From NCBI GenBank assembly GCA_964394375.1, contig CAYMVX010000001.1, positions 1 to 47,657 on the forward strand: a DNA stretch of 47,657 bases, written 5' to 3'. The position numbers and the translations under genes are program-made. Source of the DNA: an uncultured Actinomycetes bacterium (lineage in GTDB: Bacteria; Actinomycetota; Actinomycetes; Nanopelagicales; Nanopelagicaceae). This document shows, piece by piece, positions 27,158 through 38,417 of the stretch (the stretch's first letter is position 1; each line of letters opens with the position of its first letter). Below the pieces are notes generated by a model. That model searched no databases, was not told where the DNA came from, and saw only the letters and a list, made by a program, of their open reading frames with translations.

Positions 27158-27160
27158 AAT
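27155..27160 (+). promoter_or_regulatory. Candidate -10 hexamer TAGAAT for a leaderless hisD (his-trp) transcript
   Basis: TAGAAT-TACCCA-ATG. The TAG of the hexamer is the dnaE stop codon. Spacing is 6 nt to the hisD ATG, with no Shine-Dalgarno in the 9-nt spacer. Confidence 0.4.
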
Positions 27161-27166
27161 TACCCA

Positions 27167-28474
27167 ATGATTCGTCGGGTAGATCTTCGAGGCAAGAGCC
27201 TCACAAAATCAGAGATTAACTCTGTAATCCCGCGCGCAAAATTAGACGTTGTGGCTGCAATGGCTGCTATCGAACCAATTCTAGAAACAGTTAGAACTGG
27301 TTCCGAAGCCGACTTAATAGCATTCGGTGGAAAATTAGATGGGATAGCACCTCAATCAATTAGAGTCCCAAAGACAGAGTTAACTTCAGCACTGAAAAAC
27401 CTTGACCCAGCCGTTCGCGAATCACTTGAAATAGCCGCAGTGCGCATTCGCAAAGTACATCAAGATCAAATCCGCGAAACAAAGATTTCAGAAGTTGAGC
27501 CAGGCGCAACGGTTACGGAGAAATGGATTCCTGTAGACCGAGTTGGACTTTATGTTCCAGGCGGTCGAGCGGTTTATCCATCAAGTGTTTTAATGAATGT
27601 CATCCCAGCACAAATTGCAAATGTACCTTCTATTGCAGTGGCATCACCGCCTCAAATCGATAACAATGGTTGGCCAAATGCGACGATCTTGGCAACTTGT
27701 GAACTGCTTGGAATAGATGAGGTTTATGCGATTGGTGGCGCACAGGCGGTTGCCTTATTCGCTTATGGCATGAGCGGTGTATGCGAAAAAACTGACATGG
27801 TTACTGGCCCCGGCAACATTTATGTTGCGGCAGCAAAACGTGCTCTTCGCGGAGTAATCGGTATTGATTCTGAAGCAGGTCCTACTGAAATCGCAATACT
27901 TGCCGATAGCAGTGCAATTGCTGCAGATGTTGCAACTGACCTGATTAGCCAAGCTGAACACGATGTTATCGCTGCATCTGTGCTGGTTACAGATTCACTT
28001 GAATTGGCTGATCAAGTAGAAATTGAACTCAAGTCACGCGTAGCCAAAACAAAACACTCAGAACGAATCGCTACGGCGCTTTCAAGCCAGCAATCAGCAA
28101 TAGTTCTTGTTGAAAATGTGCAACAGGGATTAGATGTAGTAAATGCTTACGCAGCCGAACACTTAGAAATTCAAACCAAGAACTCCAAACTTGATGCAGC
28201 ACAAATTCGTAACGCTGGCGCGGTATTTATCGGTCGCTACGCTCCGGTTTCGCTAGGCGATTACGCAGCGGGTTCTAATCACGTTCTACCTACAGGTGGT
28301 TGCGCTTGTCATTCATCTGGTCTTTCCGTTCAATCTTTCTTGCGAGGAGTGCACTTTGTTGAATACAGCAAAGATGCATTCAATGGAATCGCAGAGACTG
28401 TCGTAACGCTTGCGAACGCAGAAGATCTTCCGGCGCACGGAGAAGCAATTACTGCAAGGTTTGAAAATGAGTAA
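27167..28474 (+). CDS. hisD: Histidinol dehydrogenase
   Basis: 435 aa. [27 protein letters not shown] and SQAEHD motifs. Confidence 0.95.
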   Translation: MIRRVDLRGKSLTKSEINSVIPRAKLDVVAAMAAIEPILETVRTGSEADLIAFGGKLDGIAPQSIRVPKTELTSALKNLDPAVRESLEIAAVRIRKVHQDQIRETKISEVEPGATVTEKWIPVDRVGLYVPGGRAVYPSSVLMNVIPAQIANVPSIAVASPPQIDNNGWPNATILATCELLGIDEVYAIGGAQAVALFAYGMSGVCEKTDMVTGPGNIYVAAAKRALRGVIGIDSEAGPTEIAILADSSAIAADVATDLISQAEHDVIAASVLVTDSLELADQVEIELKSRVAKTKHSERIATALSSQQSAIVLVENVQQGLDVVNAYAAEHLEIQTKNSKLDAAQIRNAGAVFIGRYAPVSLGDYAAGSNHVLPTGGCACHSSGLSVQSFLRGVHFVEYSKDAFNGIAETVVTLANAEDLPAHGEAITARFENE

Positions 28475-29555
28475 TTGGCCAAGTTGGTTGCCTCTACGTA
28501 ATCAGTTACGTCCATTGACACCTTACGGTGCGCCACAAGTTCCAGCTGAAGCACGTCTTAATACAAACGAAAATCCTTACGGTCCCTCAAAGGAGCTAGC
28601 AGCTGCAATTGCAAAGAGAGTTGGAGAAGTTGCATCAACTTTAAATCGCTATCCGGATAGGGATGCAATTAAGTTGCGCGAAGGCCTTGCTGCTTATTTA
28701 TCGAAACAAACCGGAACTTCGCTTTCGGTTGAGAATATTTGGGCAGCAAACGGAAGTAATGAGATTTTGCAATCGATTTTCCTAGCTTTCGGAAGTAATC
28801 GAGCTTTGGGTTTTGTCCCTTCATATTCGATGCACCCCTTGATTGGGAAAGTAGCGAATGTTGAATGGGTAGAAGGAGTACGTCGCGAAGATTTCACGCT
28901 TGATGTTGCAGCAGCAGTCAAACAAATCGAAACTGAAAAGCCAGCAATTACATTTATTACTACGCCAAACAATCCAACGGGTTCAGCCATTTCGATTTCA
29001 GATATCGAAGCATTGGCTAAGGCCACTACCTCTATTCAGGGTTTACTAGTAGTAGATGAGGCTTATGCAGAGTTCTCGAAAGAGCTATCTGCAATAACAT
29101 TGATTGAAAAGTATCCGAGTGTTCTTGTGAGTAGAACTATGTCAAAAGCATTTGCTTTTGCTGGCGCGCGTCTAGGTTACTTAGCTGCCAATAAAGTTGT
29201 AGTCGACGCGTTGCAATTGGTTAGGTTGCCCTATCACTTGTCTGCAATCACGCAAGCGTCAGCTGAAGTAGCGCTGGATTTCCAAGATGAACTTCTAGCT
29301 GAAGTTTCGAAATTAGCAGCTGATCGTGATGAAGTGGCCAAGGCTCTTTCGGAGCTTGGATTGAAAGTAATCCCATCAGATGCGAATTTCATTCTATTCG
29401 GTGGCTTTTCGCAGAGTTCACACGAATTATGGGAGAAATTATTAACCGAAGGCGTGCTAATTCGCGATGTAGGATTAGCTGGTTATTTACGAGTAACGAT
29501 TGGCAATGATGCCGAGAATCAAGCATTTTTGAAGGCCCTGAAAGGCGCGCTATGA
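28467..29555 (+). CDS. hisC: Histidinol-phosphate aminotransferase
   Basis: Starts at the ATG at 28467 (ATGAGTAA overlap with the hisD stop). [10 protein letters not shown] motif and PLP-lysine region [17 protein letters not shown]. The track ORF from 28410 was trimmed. Confidence 0.94.
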   Translation: MSNWPSWLPLRNQLRPLTPYGAPQVPAEARLNTNENPYGPSKELAAAIAKRVGEVASTLNRYPDRDAIKLREGLAAYLSKQTGTSLSVENIWAANGSNEILQSIFLAFGSNRALGFVPSYSMHPLIGKVANVEWVEGVRREDFTLDVAAAVKQIETEKPAITFITTPNNPTGSAISISDIEALAKATTSIQGLLVVDEAYAEFSKELSAITLIEKYPSVLVSRTMSKAFAFAGARLGYLAANKVVVDALQLVRLPYHLSAITQASAEVALDFQDELLAEVSKLAADRDEVAKALSELGLKVIPSDANFILFGGFSQSSHELWEKLLTEGVLIRDVGLAGYLRVTIGNDAENQAFLKALKGAL

Positions 29556-30133
29556 GAACAGCACGTGTCGAACGCACAACCAAAGAGTCATCTGTTCTGG
29601 TTGAGATAAATCTTGACGGAACAGGCAATATCTCAGTTGATACCGGTGTTCCATTCTTCGATCACATGATGAGCCAACTTGGTAAGCACTCGGGTATCGA
29701 CCTCACTATCAAGACTAAGGGTGATATCGAAGTCGATTCTCACCACACAGTTGAAGATACTTCACTTGCTTTTGGCCAAGCCCTTCGAGAAGCGTTAGGG
29801 GACAAAGCAGGTATTCGTCGCTTCGGCGATGCGTTAGTTCCAATTGATGAATCATTAACTCAAGTTGCAATTGATCTCTCAGGACGTCCATATCTTGTTT
29901 ATCGTCAACCGGAAATCGTCGAATTAATCGGAACTTTTGACACTACTTTGGGTAAGCACATTTGGGAATCAATTGTTGCAGAGGCACGCATCGCAATTCA
30001 TATCCGCGTTCTTGAAGGTCGCAATGCGCACCATGTTTTCGAATCACAATTTAAGGCAGTTGCGCGCGCACTCCGCGATGCAATCAAGTTAGATGGAGTT
30101 GCGGGCATTCCTTCAACAAAGGGAACACTTTGA
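29552..30133 (+). CDS. hisB: Imidazoleglycerol-phosphate dehydratase
   Basis: 193 aa. RTTKESSVLVEINLDG, DSHHTVEDT and NAHHVFESQFKA motifs. ATGA overlap. Confidence 0.95.
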   Translation: MRTARVERTTKESSVLVEINLDGTGNISVDTGVPFFDHMMSQLGKHSGIDLTIKTKGDIEVDSHHTVEDTSLAFGQALREALGDKAGIRRFGDALVPIDESLTQVAIDLSGRPYLVYRQPEIVELIGTFDTTLGKHIWESIVAEARIAIHIRVLEGRNAHHVFESQFKAVARALRDAIKLDGVAGIPSTKGTL

Positions 30134-30723
30134 TCGCAATTCTTGACTACGGGTCAGGAAATTTAAGATCTGCATTACGAGCATTCGAAACTACAGGTCG
30201 TAAAGTCACATTAACTTCTGATCCAGAAGCTGCAGTAGCTGCGGATGCGTTAGTAGTTCCAGGCGTAGGTGCTTTCGGTGCCTGCATGGACGGGCTGCTG
30301 AAGGTAAATGGTGATCAGATTATTAAGTCTCGCGCAGCTGCAGGTAAACCAACACTTGGCATCTGTGTCGGTATGCAGATTATGTTTGAAGAAGGCGTAG
30401 AACACGGTTCATTTAAAGGCGTTGGTGCACTTAAAGGAATTGTTAAGAAAATGAATGCACCAGTTCTACCTCACATGGGCTGGAATACCGTCGATATTCA
30501 TGGAACTTCAAAACTTTTTAAAGGTGTAGAAAAAGAATCTTTCTACTTCGTGCATTCATATGCGGTGCAAGAAAGCAAAGTGAACACTTACGCAAGCACT
30601 GACTATCATGGTGAATTTATCTCTGCCATTGAAGCCGAAAGCATTTGCGCAACACAATTTCATCCAGAGAAGAGCGGTGCGGCAGGTTTGAAGTTAATTA
30701 ACAATTGGGTGGAGAGTCTATGA
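30130..30723 (+). CDS. hisH: Imidazole glycerol phosphate synthase, glutamine amidotransferase subunit
   Basis: 197 aa with a TTG start (TTGA overlap). Catalytic Cys in LGICVGMQ and FHPEKS. Confidence 0.94.
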   Translation: MIAILDYGSGNLRSALRAFETTGRKVTLTSDPEAAVAADALVVPGVGAFGACMDGLLKVNGDQIIKSRAAAGKPTLGICVGMQIMFEEGVEHGSFKGVGALKGIVKKMNAPVLPHMGWNTVDIHGTSKLFKGVEKESFYFVHSYAVQESKVNTYASTDYHGEFISAIEAESICATQFHPEKSGAAGLKLINNWVESL

Positions 30724-31439
30724 AGCTAGAGCTATTACCGGCGGTAGATGTTAAAGGTGGGCAAGCGGTTCGATTAGTACAAGGAGAACTTGGCAGCGAA
30801 TCGAATTATGGAGCGCCAATAGCTGCTGCTTTAGATTTTCAACGTGCTGGCGCAGAGTGGATTCATCTAGTCGACTTAGATGCAGCTTTCGGTATTGGTA
30901 GCAACTCAGAATTGTTAGCTGAAGTTATTGGAAAGCTAGATATCAAGGTCGAACTTTCAGGCGGTATTCGCGATGATGAATCATTACGCCGCGCATTAGC
31001 TACAGGTTGCCGCCGAGTTAATTTAGGTACTGCTGCGCTAGAGAATCCGGATTGGACCTCAAAGGTTATTGCTGAATTTGGAGATCGAATTGCAGTAGGG
31101 CTAGATGTGCGTGGACGAACTTTGGCTGCGCGAGGCTGGACCAAAGAGGGCGGCGATTTATTCGAAACTATCGAACGTCTAGATAAAGACGGTTGTGCAC
31201 GTTATGTAGTTACTGACGTTACTAAAGATGGAACACTTAAGGGTCCGAATCTTGATTTACTTCAAAGTGTTTGCGAAGTTACTAAAGCGCCAATCGTTGC
31301 ATCAGGTGGCATCTCATCGCTTGCAGATATCGAAGCGCTTAAGTCTCTTGTTGAAGTCGGCGTTGAGGGCGCGATTATGGGTAAAGCGCTTTATGCGGGG
31401 GCATTTACTTTAGAAGACGCGTTAAAGGTCGCGAATTAA
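30720..31439 (+). CDS. hisA: ProFAR isomerase HisA, probably the actinobacterial dual-substrate PriA type
   Basis: 239 aa from the ATG at 30720 (ATGA overlap with hisH). [22 protein letters not shown]. No trpF gene lies in the adjacent trp cluster. Confidence 0.9.
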   Translation: MKLELLPAVDVKGGQAVRLVQGELGSESNYGAPIAAALDFQRAGAEWIHLVDLDAAFGIGSNSELLAEVIGKLDIKVELSGGIRDDESLRRALATGCRRVNLGTAALENPDWTSKVIAEFGDRIAVGLDVRGRTLAARGWTKEGGDLFETIERLDKDGCARYVVTDVTKDGTLKGPNLDLLQSVCEVTKAPIVASGGISSLADIEALKSLVEVGVEGAIMGKALYAGAFTLEDALKVAN

Positions 31440-32207
31440 ATGTCACTATCAATTCGCATCATTCCTTGCTTAGACGTGACCGACGGTCGCGTTGTTAAAG
31501 GTGTGAATTTTGTGAATTTGGTAGATGCCGGAGATCCAACTGAACTAGCTCAAACATATAACCATGAAGGTGCCGACGAATTAACTTTCTTAGATATCTC
31601 TGCTTCTAGCGGTGGTCGCGACACCACTATTGAAGTAGTCAAGAAGACAGCGGAGCAAGTTTTCATCCCGCTAACTGTTGGTGGTGGCATCCGCAGCGTT
31701 GATGATGTCGATAGATTGCTTCGTGCAGGTGCAGATAAAGTAAGTATTAATACTGCCGCGATTAAACGCCCTGAATTGATCTCTGAAATTGCAACTCGTT
31801 TTGGTTCACAAGTTCTTGTTCTATCTGTAGATGCTCGTCGCGTTGCTTCAGGCTATGAAGTGACGACTCATGGCGGTCGTGAAAGTGCCGGACTGGATGC
31901 AATTGAGTGGGTCAAACAAGCATGCGATCTTGGCGTAGGTGAAATTCTCTTGAATTCAATGGATGCTGACGGAACCCGCGCAGGATACGACTTGAAGATG
32001 ATCTCCGATGTAAGACCAAATTGTCAGGTGCCCTTAATCGCTTCTGGTGGCGCAGGAAAGCTTGAAGATTTTGCCACCGCACTTGATGCAGGCTCTGATG
32101 CGCTCCTTGCTGCAAGCGTTTTTCACTTCGGCACATTTCGCATCTCAGATGTTAAGAAGTATCTAAAGTCGCGCGGCTATAACGTGCGCGAGAGCTCATT
32201 TAGTTAA
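31440..32207 (+). CDS. hisF: Imidazole glycerol phosphate synthase, cyclase subunit
   Basis: 255 aa. [19 protein letters not shown] and GADEL.FLDI motifs. Confidence 0.96.
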   Translation: MSLSIRIIPCLDVTDGRVVKGVNFVNLVDAGDPTELAQTYNHEGADELTFLDISASSGGRDTTIEVVKKTAEQVFIPLTVGGGIRSVDDVDRLLRAGADKVSINTAAIKRPELISEIATRFGSQVLVLSVDARRVASGYEVTTHGGRESAGLDAIEWVKQACDLGVGEILLNSMDADGTRAGYDLKMISDVRPNCQVPLIASGGAGKLEDFATALDAGSDALLAASVFHFGTFRISDVKKYLKSRGYNVRESSFS

Positions 32208-32221
32208 GGCAAAATTCTCCT

Positions 32222-32554
32222 ATGCAAATCCCGCAGATTCCAGCGCAGATTAAGGAAGCCCTATCAAAGGGCTTAATTGCTGCAATTGCGCAGGATGCTC
32301 AAAGCGGGGAAGTCTTAATGCTCGCTTGGATGAATCATGAAGCATTAACAAAGACCATCGAAACGAAGCGTGCGACTTATTTCAGTCGTTCACGAAATTC
32401 GTTATGGATAAAGGGTGAAACTTCTGGGCATTTCCAAGAAGTTGTATCAATTGATTTTGATTGCGATGGTGATGCAGTGCTGATAAAAGTCAATCAGACC
32501 GGCGCTGCATGTCATACGGGCCAGAAGAGCTGTTTTCACAATGCAATTAAATGA
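32222..32554 (+). CDS. hisI: Phosphoribosyl-AMP cyclohydrolase (monofunctional HisI)
   Basis: 110 aa. [18 protein letters not shown] and DCDGDAVL motifs. No fused HisE domain. Confidence 0.93.
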   Translation: MQIPQIPAQIKEALSKGLIAAIAQDAQSGEVLMLAWMNHEALTKTIETKRATYFSRSRNSLWIKGETSGHFQEVVSIDFDCDGDAVLIKVNQTGAACHTGQKSCFHNAIK

Positions 32555-34028
32555 GTTTCGCGAATATGCGAAAAATTACAACGTCATTCCAGTAACTCGT
32601 AAATTACTAGCCGATGGTGAAACCCCAATTGGCGTTTATCGCAAACTAGCAAAGTTAAAGCCAAATACTTTTCTACTTGAATCAGCAGAACATGGTGGCG
32701 TCTGGTCACGCTATTCATTTATTGGCGTGGCTTCAGAGGCGACGCTTACTGAAAAAGATGGAAAAGTATTTTGGCGTGGAACTGTTCCTGCCGGCGCCCC
32801 AGTAGATGTTGATCCACTAAAAGCGCTTCGTATGGCAGCGGAGCATCTTCGCTCTCCGCAGTTACCTGGCATGCCAACTCTAACTGGCGGCTTAGTAGGT
32901 TATATGGGTTATGACAGTGTGCGCAGATTAGAAAAGCTGCCATCAATTGCAAGAAATGATTTGAATATTCCAGAACTAGAATTTATGTTGACTTCAGATC
33001 TAGCGGTAATGGACCACGCCGAAGGAACAATTACTTTGATTGCGAATGTAATTAACTGGGACGGTAGCGACGAACGTGTTGATGAAGTCTACGAATTAGC
33101 AATCAAGCGATTAGATCGCATGCAGAATGACTTACAGGCAGCGCTTTCAGGCAATTTAGCTTTCGTAGATGAGAAGAGCGCACCGCAAGTTGAGCGCAAT
33201 ATTTCAGAAAATGACTTCTTGGAAAAAGTATCGCAAGTAAAGGAAGAAATTAAGGCTGGAGAAGCTTTTCAGGTAGTGATTTCTCAGAGATTTGCAGCAG
33301 AGTGCAAAGCAGATTCTATCGATGTATACCGAATGTTGCGCCTGCACAATCCAAGCCCTTATATGTTCTTCCTTCGTTTTGAAGATGGTTTAGATGTAGT
33401 TGGTTCTAGCCCAGAAGCGCTAGTTAAAGTAACTAACGGCGAAGTCATGGTTCACCCAATCGCAGGCACACGTAAGCGATCTTCATCCCCAGAGTTGGAT
33501 GAGAAAAATGCAAAAGAATTATTAGCAGACCCTAAAGAACGAGCAGAGCACTTGATGTTAGTTGATCTCGGTCGTAATGATTTAGGAAGAGTATGCGAAT
33601 CGGGAAGCGTTGAAGTTGTTGAGTTCATGAACATTGAACGTTTCTCACACGTTATGCATATCGTTTCAACGGTAACCGGCAAGCTTTCGAAAGATAAAGC
33701 TCCGATTGACGCGCTCTTTTCTACATTCCCAGCAGGAACTTTATCCGGTGCACCTAAACCACGCGCTATGGAGATCATCGAAGAGCTCGAACCAAATCGT
33801 CGTGGCCTATATGGTGGCGCGCTTGGCTATTTAGATTTCAGAGGCAATATAGATACTTGCATCGCTATTCGCACTGCTGTGATTAAAGATGGTAAAGCGT
33901 ACGTGCAGGCTGGAGCGGGTGTCGTTGCAGATTCGGATGCAAATTCAGAGAATCAAGAATGCATTAACAAAGCCGCGGCAGTACTCGGTGCGGTTAATGC
34001 CGCGAATAATTTGCGAGTAGCCAAATGA
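32541..34028 (+). CDS. trpE: Anthranilate synthase component I
   Basis: 495 aa. LLESAEHG, chorismate-binding region [15 protein letters not shown] and [10 protein letters not shown]. Overlaps hisI by 14 nt. Confidence 0.95.
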   Translation: MQLNEFREYAKNYNVIPVTRKLLADGETPIGVYRKLAKLKPNTFLLESAEHGGVWSRYSFIGVASEATLTEKDGKVFWRGTVPAGAPVDVDPLKALRMAAEHLRSPQLPGMPTLTGGLVGYMGYDSVRRLEKLPSIARNDLNIPELEFMLTSDLAVMDHAEGTITLIANVINWDGSDERVDEVYELAIKRLDRMQNDLQAALSGNLAFVDEKSAPQVERNISENDFLEKVSQVKEEIKAGEAFQVVISQRFAAECKADSIDVYRMLRLHNPSPYMFFLRFEDGLDVVGSSPEALVKVTNGEVMVHPIAGTRKRSSSPELDEKNAKELLADPKERAEHLMLVDLGRNDLGRVCESGSVEVVEFMNIERFSHVMHIVSTVTGKLSKDKAPIDALFSTFPAGTLSGAPKPRAMEIIEELEPNRRGLYGGALGYLDFRGNIDTCIAIRTAVIKDGKAYVQAGAGVVADSDANSENQECINKAAAVLGAVNAANNLRVAK

Positions 34029-34189
34029 GAGACGTTTTAGGATTCCTCATAACTACGGCACTTGCATTAACGCTAGTAGTTTTCATTGGAAGTAAACGGA
34101 AGAAAACTTCACGCTATGAGCGAACGCCGCATGCAACGACTGATTGGCAGAAACTTGATAATGGCATAGATCCTACGGAGAACTCATGA
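34025..34189 (+). CDS. 54-aa single-pass membrane protein, translationally coupled between trpE and trpC
   Basis: My own translation, since the ORF is below the track cutoff: [58 protein letters not shown] overlaps occur at both ends. It has one TM helix plus a basic flank. It occupies the slot of the trp-operon-associated membrane protein of other Actinobacteria. Confidence 0.6.
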   Translation: MRDVLGFLITTALALTLVVFIGSKRKKTSRYERTPHATTDWQKLDNGIDPTENS

Positions 34190-34953
34190 GCGTCTTAGAT
34201 TCAATTATTGAAGGAGTTCGCGAGGATCTTGCAGCTCGCCGCTTACCGCTTTCAAGATTGCATGAAGCGCTTGAACAAGCTCCAACTCCGATTTCGCCAA
34301 AATTTCCTTTGGAAACAATGTCAGTAATTGCTGAAGTAAAGCGTAAGTCGCCAAGTAAAGGTGACTTGGCACAAATACCTGAGCCAGCAAGACTTGCATC
34401 GCAATATCAAGAGGCGGGAGCAGCTGCGGTTTCAGTACTCACAGAACAACGCAGGTTTAATGGTTCATTGGCAGATTTTGATGCAGTTCGTAAAGAAATT
34501 TCTTTACCAATGCTTCGTAAAGACTTCATGATTGATGAATATCAATTTTATGAAGCAAGAGCACATGGTGCAGATTTAGTTCTGCTAATTGTTGCTGGAC
34601 TTTCCAAGACTCAGCTAACTGATTACTTTGCATTAGCGACTGAATTAGGAATGAAATCTCTAATTGAAGTACATACAAATGATGAACTAGAAGCAGCAAT
34701 GGAGATCAATCCAGAAATTATTGGTGTAAATTCTCGTAATTTAAAAACCCTTGAAGTTGATTCCGCTGCGTTTCAAGAATTGATACCTCGAATCCCTGCT
34801 GGTCTAATTAAGGTCGCGGAATCAGGTATCTCTTCCAGAAGTGATGTCTTATTTGCGCAAGAAGCAGGTGCAAATGTGATTTTGGTGGGAGAAGCGCTGG
34901 TTAAAGCTGGCGATCCAAAATCCAGTATGCGTGATTTACTAGGGAAGAAGTAA
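34186..34953 (+). CDS. trpC: Indole-3-glycerol phosphate synthase
   Basis: 255 aa. [24 protein letters not shown] and IGVNSRNL motifs. Confidence 0.95.
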   Translation: MSVLDSIIEGVREDLAARRLPLSRLHEALEQAPTPISPKFPLETMSVIAEVKRKSPSKGDLAQIPEPARLASQYQEAGAAAVSVLTEQRRFNGSLADFDAVRKEISLPMLRKDFMIDEYQFYEARAHGADLVLLIVAGLSKTQLTDYFALATELGMKSLIEVHTNDELEAAMEINPEIIGVNSRNLKTLEVDSAAFQELIPRIPAGLIKVAESGISSRSDVLFAQEAGANVILVGEALVKAGDPKSSMRDLLGKK

Positions 34954-34963
34954 GATTCCCGCT

Positions 34964-36148
34964 ATGACTTTCGACGGACACTTTGGTCAGTACGGCGGTC
35001 GCTTCGTGCCGGAAGCTTTAATTCCAGCTTTAGATGAATTGGCTGCAGCTTTCCAATCAGCAAAAGCTGATCCTACTTTCCAAGCAGAGCTTGATCACTT
35101 ACACAAAACATATTCAGGTCGCCCGTCAATCCTCACTGAAGCAAAGAGATTCTCTGAGTACTGTGGTGGAGCAAGAATTCTCTTAAAGCGAGAAGACTTA
35201 AACCACACTGGTTCGCACAAAATTAATAACGTACTTGGTCAAGCGTTGCTTACAAAACGCATGGGCAAACCTCGCATCATTGCCGAAACTGGAGCTGGCC
35301 AACATGGCGTTGCATCTGCAACTGCCGCAGCGCTGTTAGGTCTTGAATGTGTCGTTTATATGGGCGAAGAAGATACAAAGCGCCAAGCGCTAAATGTTGC
35401 GCGTATGAAGTTGCTTGGCGCAGAAGTTATTCCAGTTACTACAGGTTCAAAGACTTTGAAAGATGCGATCAATGAAGCGATGCGAGATTGGGTTACCAAT
35501 GTCGATACAACTCATTATCTATTAGGTACGGTTGCAGGCCCACATCCTTTCCCAGAGATGGTTCGTGATTTCCACAAGATAATCGGCGAAGAAGCGCGCG
35601 AACAAGTCTTGGAATTAACTGGAAAACTTCCAGATGCAGTGCTTGCCTGTGTGGGCGGTGGCTCTAACGCCATTGGAATTTTCCATCGTTTTATTGGCGA
35701 TGATTCAGTGCGCTTGATTGGACTTGAAGCTGGTGGCGATGGAATTGAAACTGGTCGCCATGCATCAACAATCACTGGTGGAAGTGTTGGTGTGCTGCAT
35801 GGAACAAGAACTTATGTACTTCAGGATGACAATGGACAGACAATTGAATCGCATTCAATTAGCGCTGGCCTTGATTATCCAGGAGTAGGACCTGAACATG
35901 CGATTCTTAACGACACGGGCAGAGCTGAATATCGCTCCATCACAGATGCTGAAGCTATGGAAGCATTCTCGATACTTTGCAAAACTGAAGGAATCATTCC
36001 TGCGATTGAAACTGCGCACGCACTTGCAGGAGCAATCAAGATTGGAAAAGAACTTGGCCCGGAAGCTATTTTATTAATTAACCTTTCAGGACGTGGCGAT
36101 AAAGATGTACATACCGCAGCAAATTATTTTGGAATCCCACTTTCATGA
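34964..36148 (+). CDS. trpB: Tryptophan synthase beta chain
   Basis: 394 aa. PLP-lysine motif [11 protein letters not shown], plus GAGQHGVA and GGGSNAIG. Confidence 0.97.
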   Translation: MTFDGHFGQYGGRFVPEALIPALDELAAAFQSAKADPTFQAELDHLHKTYSGRPSILTEAKRFSEYCGGARILLKREDLNHTGSHKINNVLGQALLTKRMGKPRIIAETGAGQHGVASATAAALLGLECVVYMGEEDTKRQALNVARMKLLGAEVIPVTTGSKTLKDAINEAMRDWVTNVDTTHYLLGTVAGPHPFPEMVRDFHKIIGEEAREQVLELTGKLPDAVLACVGGGSNAIGIFHRFIGDDSVRLIGLEAGGDGIETGRHASTITGGSVGVLHGTRTYVLQDDNGQTIESHSISAGLDYPGVGPEHAILNDTGRAEYRSITDAEAMEAFSILCKTEGIIPAIETAHALAGAIKIGKELGPEAILLINLSGRGDKDVHTAANYFGIPLS

Positions 36149-36924
36149 GCGCGCTAGATAAATTATTTGAAACTCCAGGAGCTAAATTAATTGGTTATGT
36201 TCCTGCGGGATATCCAACAATTGAAGGCGCTAAACAGATCATAAAAGCGATGGTCGATGGTGGAGTAGATGCAATTGAAGTTGGATTTCCATATAGCGAC
36301 CCTGTAATGGACGGTCCAACAATTCAAGCAGCAGCTGACCTTTCGCTTTCTAATGGAACAAGTGCGAAAGATGTAATGGCTACTTTGGCTTATGCAGCAA
36401 CTCTCGCTCCTTCGGTGATCATGAGCTATTGGAACCCAATTGAAAAATATGGCGTATCTAAATTTGCATCAGATATGGCGGCTGCAGGGGGAAGTGGAAC
36501 GATCACTCCAGACCTTACTCTCGAAGAAGCAGGCCTTTGGTTGGCTGCTTGCAAAGAACATGGCTTGAACCCAATTTTTGTTATTGCGCCAAGTAGTAAT
36601 GACGATCGTTTACAACGTGTTGTTAAGAGCTGCGGTGGATTTGTTTATGCCGCTTCAATCATGGGTGTAACTGGAGCTCGCGCTTCAGTATCTGATGCCG
36701 CGCAAACTTTGGTAGAACGTGCTCGTAATTACACCGATCTGCCAATCTCTGTCGGCTTAGGTGTATCTACTCCCGAACAGGCGGAGGGCGTAGCTAAATA
36801 TGCCAATGGAGTAATTGTCGGAAGCGCCTTTATCAATGCGGTTGCTAAGGCCCCAGATTTTGAAAGTGGTCTAAAAGCGGTCACCAAGCTTGCTTCCGAG
36901 TTAAAAGCGGGAATTTCTAAGTAA
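36145..36924 (+). CDS. trpA: Tryptophan synthase alpha chain
   Basis: 259 aa. [21 protein letters not shown] motif. ATGA overlap with trpB. Confidence 0.95.
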   Translation: MSALDKLFETPGAKLIGYVPAGYPTIEGAKQIIKAMVDGGVDAIEVGFPYSDPVMDGPTIQAAADLSLSNGTSAKDVMATLAYAATLAPSVIMSYWNPIEKYGVSKFASDMAAAGGSGTITPDLTLEEAGLWLAACKEHGLNPIFVIAPSSNDDRLQRVVKSCGGFVYAASIMGVTGARASVSDAAQTLVERARNYTDLPISVGLGVSTPEQAEGVAKYANGVIVGSAFINAVAKAPDFESGLKAVTKLASELKAGISK

Positions 36925-36960
36925 GTCAGGGTAACCTCTGCAAAGATTAAAGGAGCATAG

Positions 36961-37647
36961 ATGATGTCAGCGTCGAAAAAAGATAAGCCTAAAGACAACG
37001 TAACTCGCAACTTAGTAATTGGAATGGTTGTTCTAGTTATTGCAGTAGGTGTAGGCGTTTCATTCTCAAGCAATAAAGCGAAAGAAAGTGCGGCAACACC
37101 ATCATCTGTCGAAAAGTCTGAAGGTTATGGCATCACCTTTAATAAGGGACTCTCAGGCGTTCCAAAGATTGATATTTGGGAAGATTTCCAGTGCCCTGTA
37201 TGTCGTGACTTTGAAGCCGTAAACAACAAGCAGATCAACGAATGGATTAATACCAAGAAAGTGGTAGCGGTATTTCACCCACTCTCATTTATTGGTGCCG
37301 AGTCTGCCTACATGGCTAATGCTGCAGCTTGCTCTGCAGATGAAGGTAAGTTCCTCCAGTTCCACGAAGCGTTGTACGCGAATCAAGCATCTGCGGAAAA
37401 CTCCGGGAAGTGGAATCAAACCACTCTAATTGGACTTGGCGCAGGCCTTGGTTTGAATTCAAAGAACTTTGCTGAATGTGTTACCAGTGCAAAGTACCAA
37501 GGTTGGGTAACAAATGTGGCAAACGATGGCCAAGATAAGGCGATTAATTCAACACCGACTGTCTTGATTAATGGCAAGGAAATCGAACGCACGCAGAAGA
37601 ATTACTTCGACGCAAAGACTTTCTCAAGCCTTGTATTTAAGAAGTAA
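36961..37647 (+). CDS. Membrane-anchored DsbA-like thiol:disulfide oxidoreductase (thioredoxin fold)
   Basis: 228 aa. N-terminal TM anchor, CxxC active site FQCPVCRDFE and a conserved cis-Pro region (NSTPTVLING). SD AAAGGAG. Confidence 0.8.
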   Translation: MMSASKKDKPKDNVTRNLVIGMVVLVIAVGVGVSFSSNKAKESAATPSSVEKSEGYGITFNKGLSGVPKIDIWEDFQCPVCRDFEAVNNKQINEWINTKKVVAVFHPLSFIGAESAYMANAAACSADEGKFLQFHEALYANQASAENSGKWNQTTLIGLGAGLGLNSKNFAECVTSAKYQGWVTNVANDGQDKAINSTPTVLINGKEIERTQKNYFDAKTFSSLVFKK

Positions 37648-38415
37648 TTGCTAGCTCGTTACATTCCAACCCCAACGGTCTCGATTTTCCATTTAGGACC
37701 GTTAACTATTCATGCTTACGCGCTCTGCATAATTCTTGGTGCTACGGTAGCGATTTGGTTAACGGATAAGAGATATCAAGCAGCTGGCGGTTCGCCAAAT
37801 GCAATCGGAGACTTGGCAATTTGGGCAATTCCTTCAGGAGTCATTGGCGCGCGTCTCTACCATGTCGTTACTTCTCCAGAATATTTCTTTGGATCCAACG
37901 GAAACCCGAGTGCAATATTCAAAATCTGGGAGGGCGGACTAGGTATTTGGGGAGCAATCGCAGGTGGTGCACTTGGTGCTTATTTAAAGTACAACCGCGA
38001 ACTTCCATTTTCTGTTCTAGCTGACTCAATTGCTCCGTCTTTATTAATTGCACAAGGAATTGGTCGATTTGGAAATTGGTTCAACGGCGAACTTTATGGC
38101 AGTCCAACGGATCTGCCTTGGGCGCTGCAATTATCTGATGGTCGCACCTATCATCCAACTTTTCTCTATGAAGCTATCTGCAATTTTGCATTAGCTGCGT
38201 TGTTAATCAAGTTGACCGGCAAATTCCCAAAAGGATCACTCTTCTGCCTTTATGTATTCGGTTATTGTGTATATAGATTCTTCATTGAGGGACTGCGAAT
38301 TGATGAGGCGCATTCATTATTTGGACTTCGACTAAATCAATGGGTGAGCCTTGCCATAGGCGGGGTGGCACTTGCGAAATTCCTCAACTTACGCCGCAAA
38401 AAGGATATTATTTAA
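37648..38415 (+). CDS. lgt: Phosphatidylglycerol--prolipoprotein diacylglyceryl transferase
   Basis: 255 aa with a TTG start immediately after the upstream stop. IHAYALCIILG, WEGGLGIWGAI and GRFGNWFNGELYG motifs. Confidence 0.94.
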   Translation: MLARYIPTPTVSIFHLGPLTIHAYALCIILGATVAIWLTDKRYQAAGGSPNAIGDLAIWAIPSGVIGARLYHVVTSPEYFFGSNGNPSAIFKIWEGGLGIWGAIAGGALGAYLKYNRELPFSVLADSIAPSLLIAQGIGRFGNWFNGELYGSPTDLPWALQLSDGRTYHPTFLYEAICNFALAALLIKLTGKFPKGSLFCLYVFGYCVYRFFIEGLRIDEAHSLFGLRLNQWVSLAIGGVALAKFLNLRRKKDII

Positions 38416-38417
38416 AT

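Noticed and set aside
32208-32560. Search for a Trp leader peptide or attenuator upstream of trpE, and for a His leader upstream of hisD (27158-27166).
   Set aside because: trpE overlaps hisI by 14 nt and hisD is 9 nt from dnaE. There is no space and no Trp- or His-rich mini-ORF, so none is present.
17358-38417. N-terminal extensions offered by the ORF track for sepF (17358), dnaE (23627), hisC (28410), hisA (30705) and the VIT gene (38340).
   Set aside because: Each extension overlaps the preceding gene and adds non-conserved residues. Internal starts at 17457, 23660, 28467, 30720 and 38418 begin exactly at the conserved N-termini and give typical overlaps or short spacers.
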